Below are positions 61,130 through 64,000 of a stretch of 64,000 nt of DNA, piece by piece. Numbering within the stretch: position 1 is the first letter of the stretch; each line of letters begins with the position of its first letter. The notes under the pieces were generated by a model that was not told the origin of the DNA, made no database searches, and saw only the letters and a program-made list of their open reading frames with translations. Source of the DNA: Azolla caroliniana (taxonomy: Eukaryota > Plantae > Polypodiophyta); assembly GCA_043228905.1 (NCBI GenBank), contig JBHGNT010000074.1, positions 54,670 through 118,669 on the forward strand. The letters run 5' to 3'. The translations under genes were made by a program, and so were the position numbers.

Positions 61130-64000
61130 CCATGTGATATCGGATTTTAGTGTTCAAAGATGTGAATCGAAGCTAACAACGCTAGCTCTGATATGGTATT
61201 AACAAATAGAGATTTTTAAACTCAGATCGACATACATGAAGAAATTACCAAATTTGAGGAGGGAGTTGAGAAGACCGCGTCAGTATATTAAACTGTTCAT
61301 ACCTGGCCTATGTGATATCGGATTTTAGTGTTCAAGGATGCGAATCGAAGGTAACAACGCTACCTCTGATATGGAATTAAAAAATCAAGATTTCGAAACT
61401 CAGATCGACAGACATGAAAAATTACCAAATTTGAGGAGGGAGTTCAGAAGAGCGCGTAAGTATATTAAAATGTTCATACCTGCCTCGGGTGATCCCGGAT
61501 TTTTGTGTTCAAAGATGCGAATCGAACCTAACAACACTAGCTATGATCTGGAATTAAAAAATCGAGATTTTGAAACTCAAGTCGAGAGACATGAATAAAT
61601 TCGCAAGTTAGAGGAGGGAGTTGAGAAGAGCCCGTGAGTAAATTAAAATGTTCATACCTGGCCCATGTGATATCGGATTTTTGTGTTCAAAGATGCGAAT
61701 CGAAGCTAACAACACTAGCTATGATATGGAATTAAAAAATCAAGATTTTGTAACTCAAGTCGAGAGACATGAAGAAATTCACAAGTTAGAGGAGGGAGTT
61801 GAGAAGAGCCCGTGAGTAAATTAAAATGTTCATACCTGGCCCCTGTGATATCGGATTTTTGTGTTCAAAGATGCGAATCGAAGGTAACAACGCTAGCTCT
61901 GATATGGAATAAAAAAATCAAGATTTTGAAACAAAGATCGACGGACATGAAGAAATTACCAAATTTGAGGAGGGAGTTGAGAAGAGCGCGTCAGTATATT
62001 AAAATGTTCATACCTGGCTCGGGTGATCCCGGATTTCTGCGTTCAAAGATGCGAATCGAAGCTAACAACACTAGCTATGATATGGAATTAGAAAAAGTAG
62101 ATTTTAAAACTCAAGTCGAGAGACATGAAGAAATTCGCAAGTTACAGGAGGGAGTTCAGAAGAGCCCATGACTAAATTAAAATGTTCATACCTGGCCCAT
62201 GTGATATCGGATTTTTGTGTTCAAAGATGCGAATCGAAGGTAACAACGCTAGCTCTGAAATGGACTTAAAAAATCGAGATTTTGAAACTCAGATCAACAG
62301 ACATCAAGAAATTACCAAATTAGACGAGGGAGTTGAGAAGAGCGCGTCAGTATCTTAAAATGTTGATACCTGGCCTATGTGATATCGGATTTTAGTGTTC
62401 AAAGATACGAATTGAAGCTAATTACGCTACCTATAATATGGAATTAAAAAATGAGAATTTTAAAACTCAGATCAACAGACATGAAGAAATTACCAAATTT
62501 GAGGAGGGAGTTGAGAAGAGCGAGTCAGTATATTAAAATGTTCATACCTGGCCTATGTGATATTAGATTTTAGTGTTCAAAGATGCGAATCGAAGCCAAT
62601 CACGCTACCTATGATATGGAATTAAAAAATCAAGATTTTGAAACTCAGATCGAGATACATGAAGAAATTACCAAATTTGAGGAGGGAGTTGAGAAGAGCG
62701 CGTCAGTATATCAAAATGTTCATACCTGGCCCATGTGATATCGGATTTTAGTGTTCAAAGATGTGAATCGAAGCTAACAACGCTAGCTCTGATATGGTAT
62801 TAACAAATAGAGATTTTTAAACTCAGATCGACATACATGAAGAAATTACCAAATTTGAGGAGGGAGTTGAGAAGACCGCGTCAGTATATTAAACTGTTCA
62901 TACCTGGCCTATGTGATATCGGATTTTAGTGTTCAAGGATGCGAATCGAAGGTAACAACGCTAGCTCTGATATGGAATTAAAAAATCAAGATTTCGAAAC
63001 TCAGATCGACAGACATGAAAAATTACCAAATTTGAGGAGGGAGTTCAGAAGAGCGCGTAAGTATATTAAAATGTTCCTACCTCGCCCATGTGATATTGGA
63101 TTTTAGTGTTCAAACATGCGGATCGAAGCTAATAACGCTACCTATAATATGGAATTAAAAAACCAAGATTTTGAAACTCAGATCGACAGACATGAAGAAA
63201 TTACCAAATTTGAGCAGGGAGTTGAGAAGAGCGGGTCAGTATATTAAAATGTTCATACCTGGCCCGTGTGATATCAGATTTTAGTGTTCAAAGATGCGAA
63301 TCAAAGCTAATCACGCTACCTATCATATGGAATTAAAAAATCAAGATTTTGAAACTCAGCTCGATAGACATGAAGAAATTACCAAATTTGAGGAGGGAGT
63401 TGAGAAGAGCGTGTCAGTATATTAAAATGTACATACCTGGCCCGTGTGATATCAGATTTTAGTGTTCAAAGATGCGAATCGAAGCTAATCACGCTACCTA
63501 TAATATGGAATTAAAAAACCAAGATTTTGAAACTCAAGTCGAGAGACATGAAGAAATTCGCAAGTTAGAGGAGGGAGTTGAGAAGAGCCCGTGAGTAAAT
63601 TAAAATGTTCATACTTGGCCCATGTGATATCGGATTTTAGTGTTCAAACATGCGAATCGAAACTAACAACGCTACCTATGATATAGAATTAAAAAATGAG
63701 GATTTTAAAACTCAGATCGACAGACATGAAGAAATTATCAAATTTGAGGAGTGAGTTGAGAAGAGCGCGTTAGTATATTAAAATGTTCATACCTGGCCTA
63801 TGTGATATCAGATTTTAGTGTTCAAAGATGCGAATCGAAGCTAACAACACTAGCTATGATATGGAATTAGAAAAAGTAGATTTTAAAACTCAAGTCGAGA
63901 GACATGAAGAAATTCGCAAGTTACAGGAGGGAGTTCAGAAGAGCCCATGACTAAATTAAAATGTTCATACCTGGCCCATGTGATATCGGATTTTTGTGTT
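61130..64000 (+). repeat. Partial 9-/10-mer duplications at the window end
   Basis: atatggtattaacaaatagag at 61191 and 62792 (1,601 bp apart); ttacaggagggagttcagaagagcccatgactaa with gagcccatga at 62162 and 63941 (1,779 bp apart). Confidence 0.7.

Larger units (their letters stand above)
27060..64000 (+). repeat. ~178-bp tandem satellite array, right arm; runs off the window end
   Basis: Same monomer and orientation; it resumes in exact register after the retrotransposon (gcgcgtgagtatattaaaatg at 27060). Confidence 0.98.

Noticed and set aside
3897-62171. Dozens of 60-119 aa ORFs in the satellite (MRRARQYIKMFIPG..., MFIPGPCDIG...)
   Set aside because: They are translations of the 178-bp monomer. 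The period is not a multiple of 3, many starts are TTG/GTG, and stops appear and disappear with monomer SNPs.
1-64000. CRISPR array interpretation
   Set aside because: There are no unique spacers; the whole 178-bp unit repeats, no cas genes are present, and the context is eukaryotic.

Overview
This window is not genic. It is a eukaryotic, most likely land-plant, centromere-type satellite array: about 57 kb (roughly 320 copies) of an AT-rich ~178-bp head-to-tail monomer, all in one orientation. One intact 7,303-bp Ty3/gypsy LTR retrotransposon interrupts it on the minus strand (19757..27059). The element has 791-bp LTRs (TGTC...GACA, 4 differences seen), a 4-bp GCGC target-site duplication, an 18-nt PBS matching plant tRNA-Trp and a PPT. 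It carries a gag-protease ORF and a separate RT-RNaseH-integrase ORF with no chromodomain. The two ORFs are joined by a predicted -1 ribosomal frameshift (G_GAU_UUU_UAG, 6-nt spacer, probable pseudoknot) placed between protease and RT, an alpharetrovirus-like layout. The element sits inside the most homogeneous part of the array, a 9-mer (1,602-bp) higher-order repeat that alternates as an 18-mer only to the left of the insertion. The rest of the array is a patchwork of 2- to 25-mer duplications, two copies of a divergent 178/179-bp subfamily block about 38 kb apart, and microhomology or templated-insertion scars. The short ORFs in the satellite and most antisense ORFs in the element look like artefacts. 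All comparisons were made by eye; no database searches were run.
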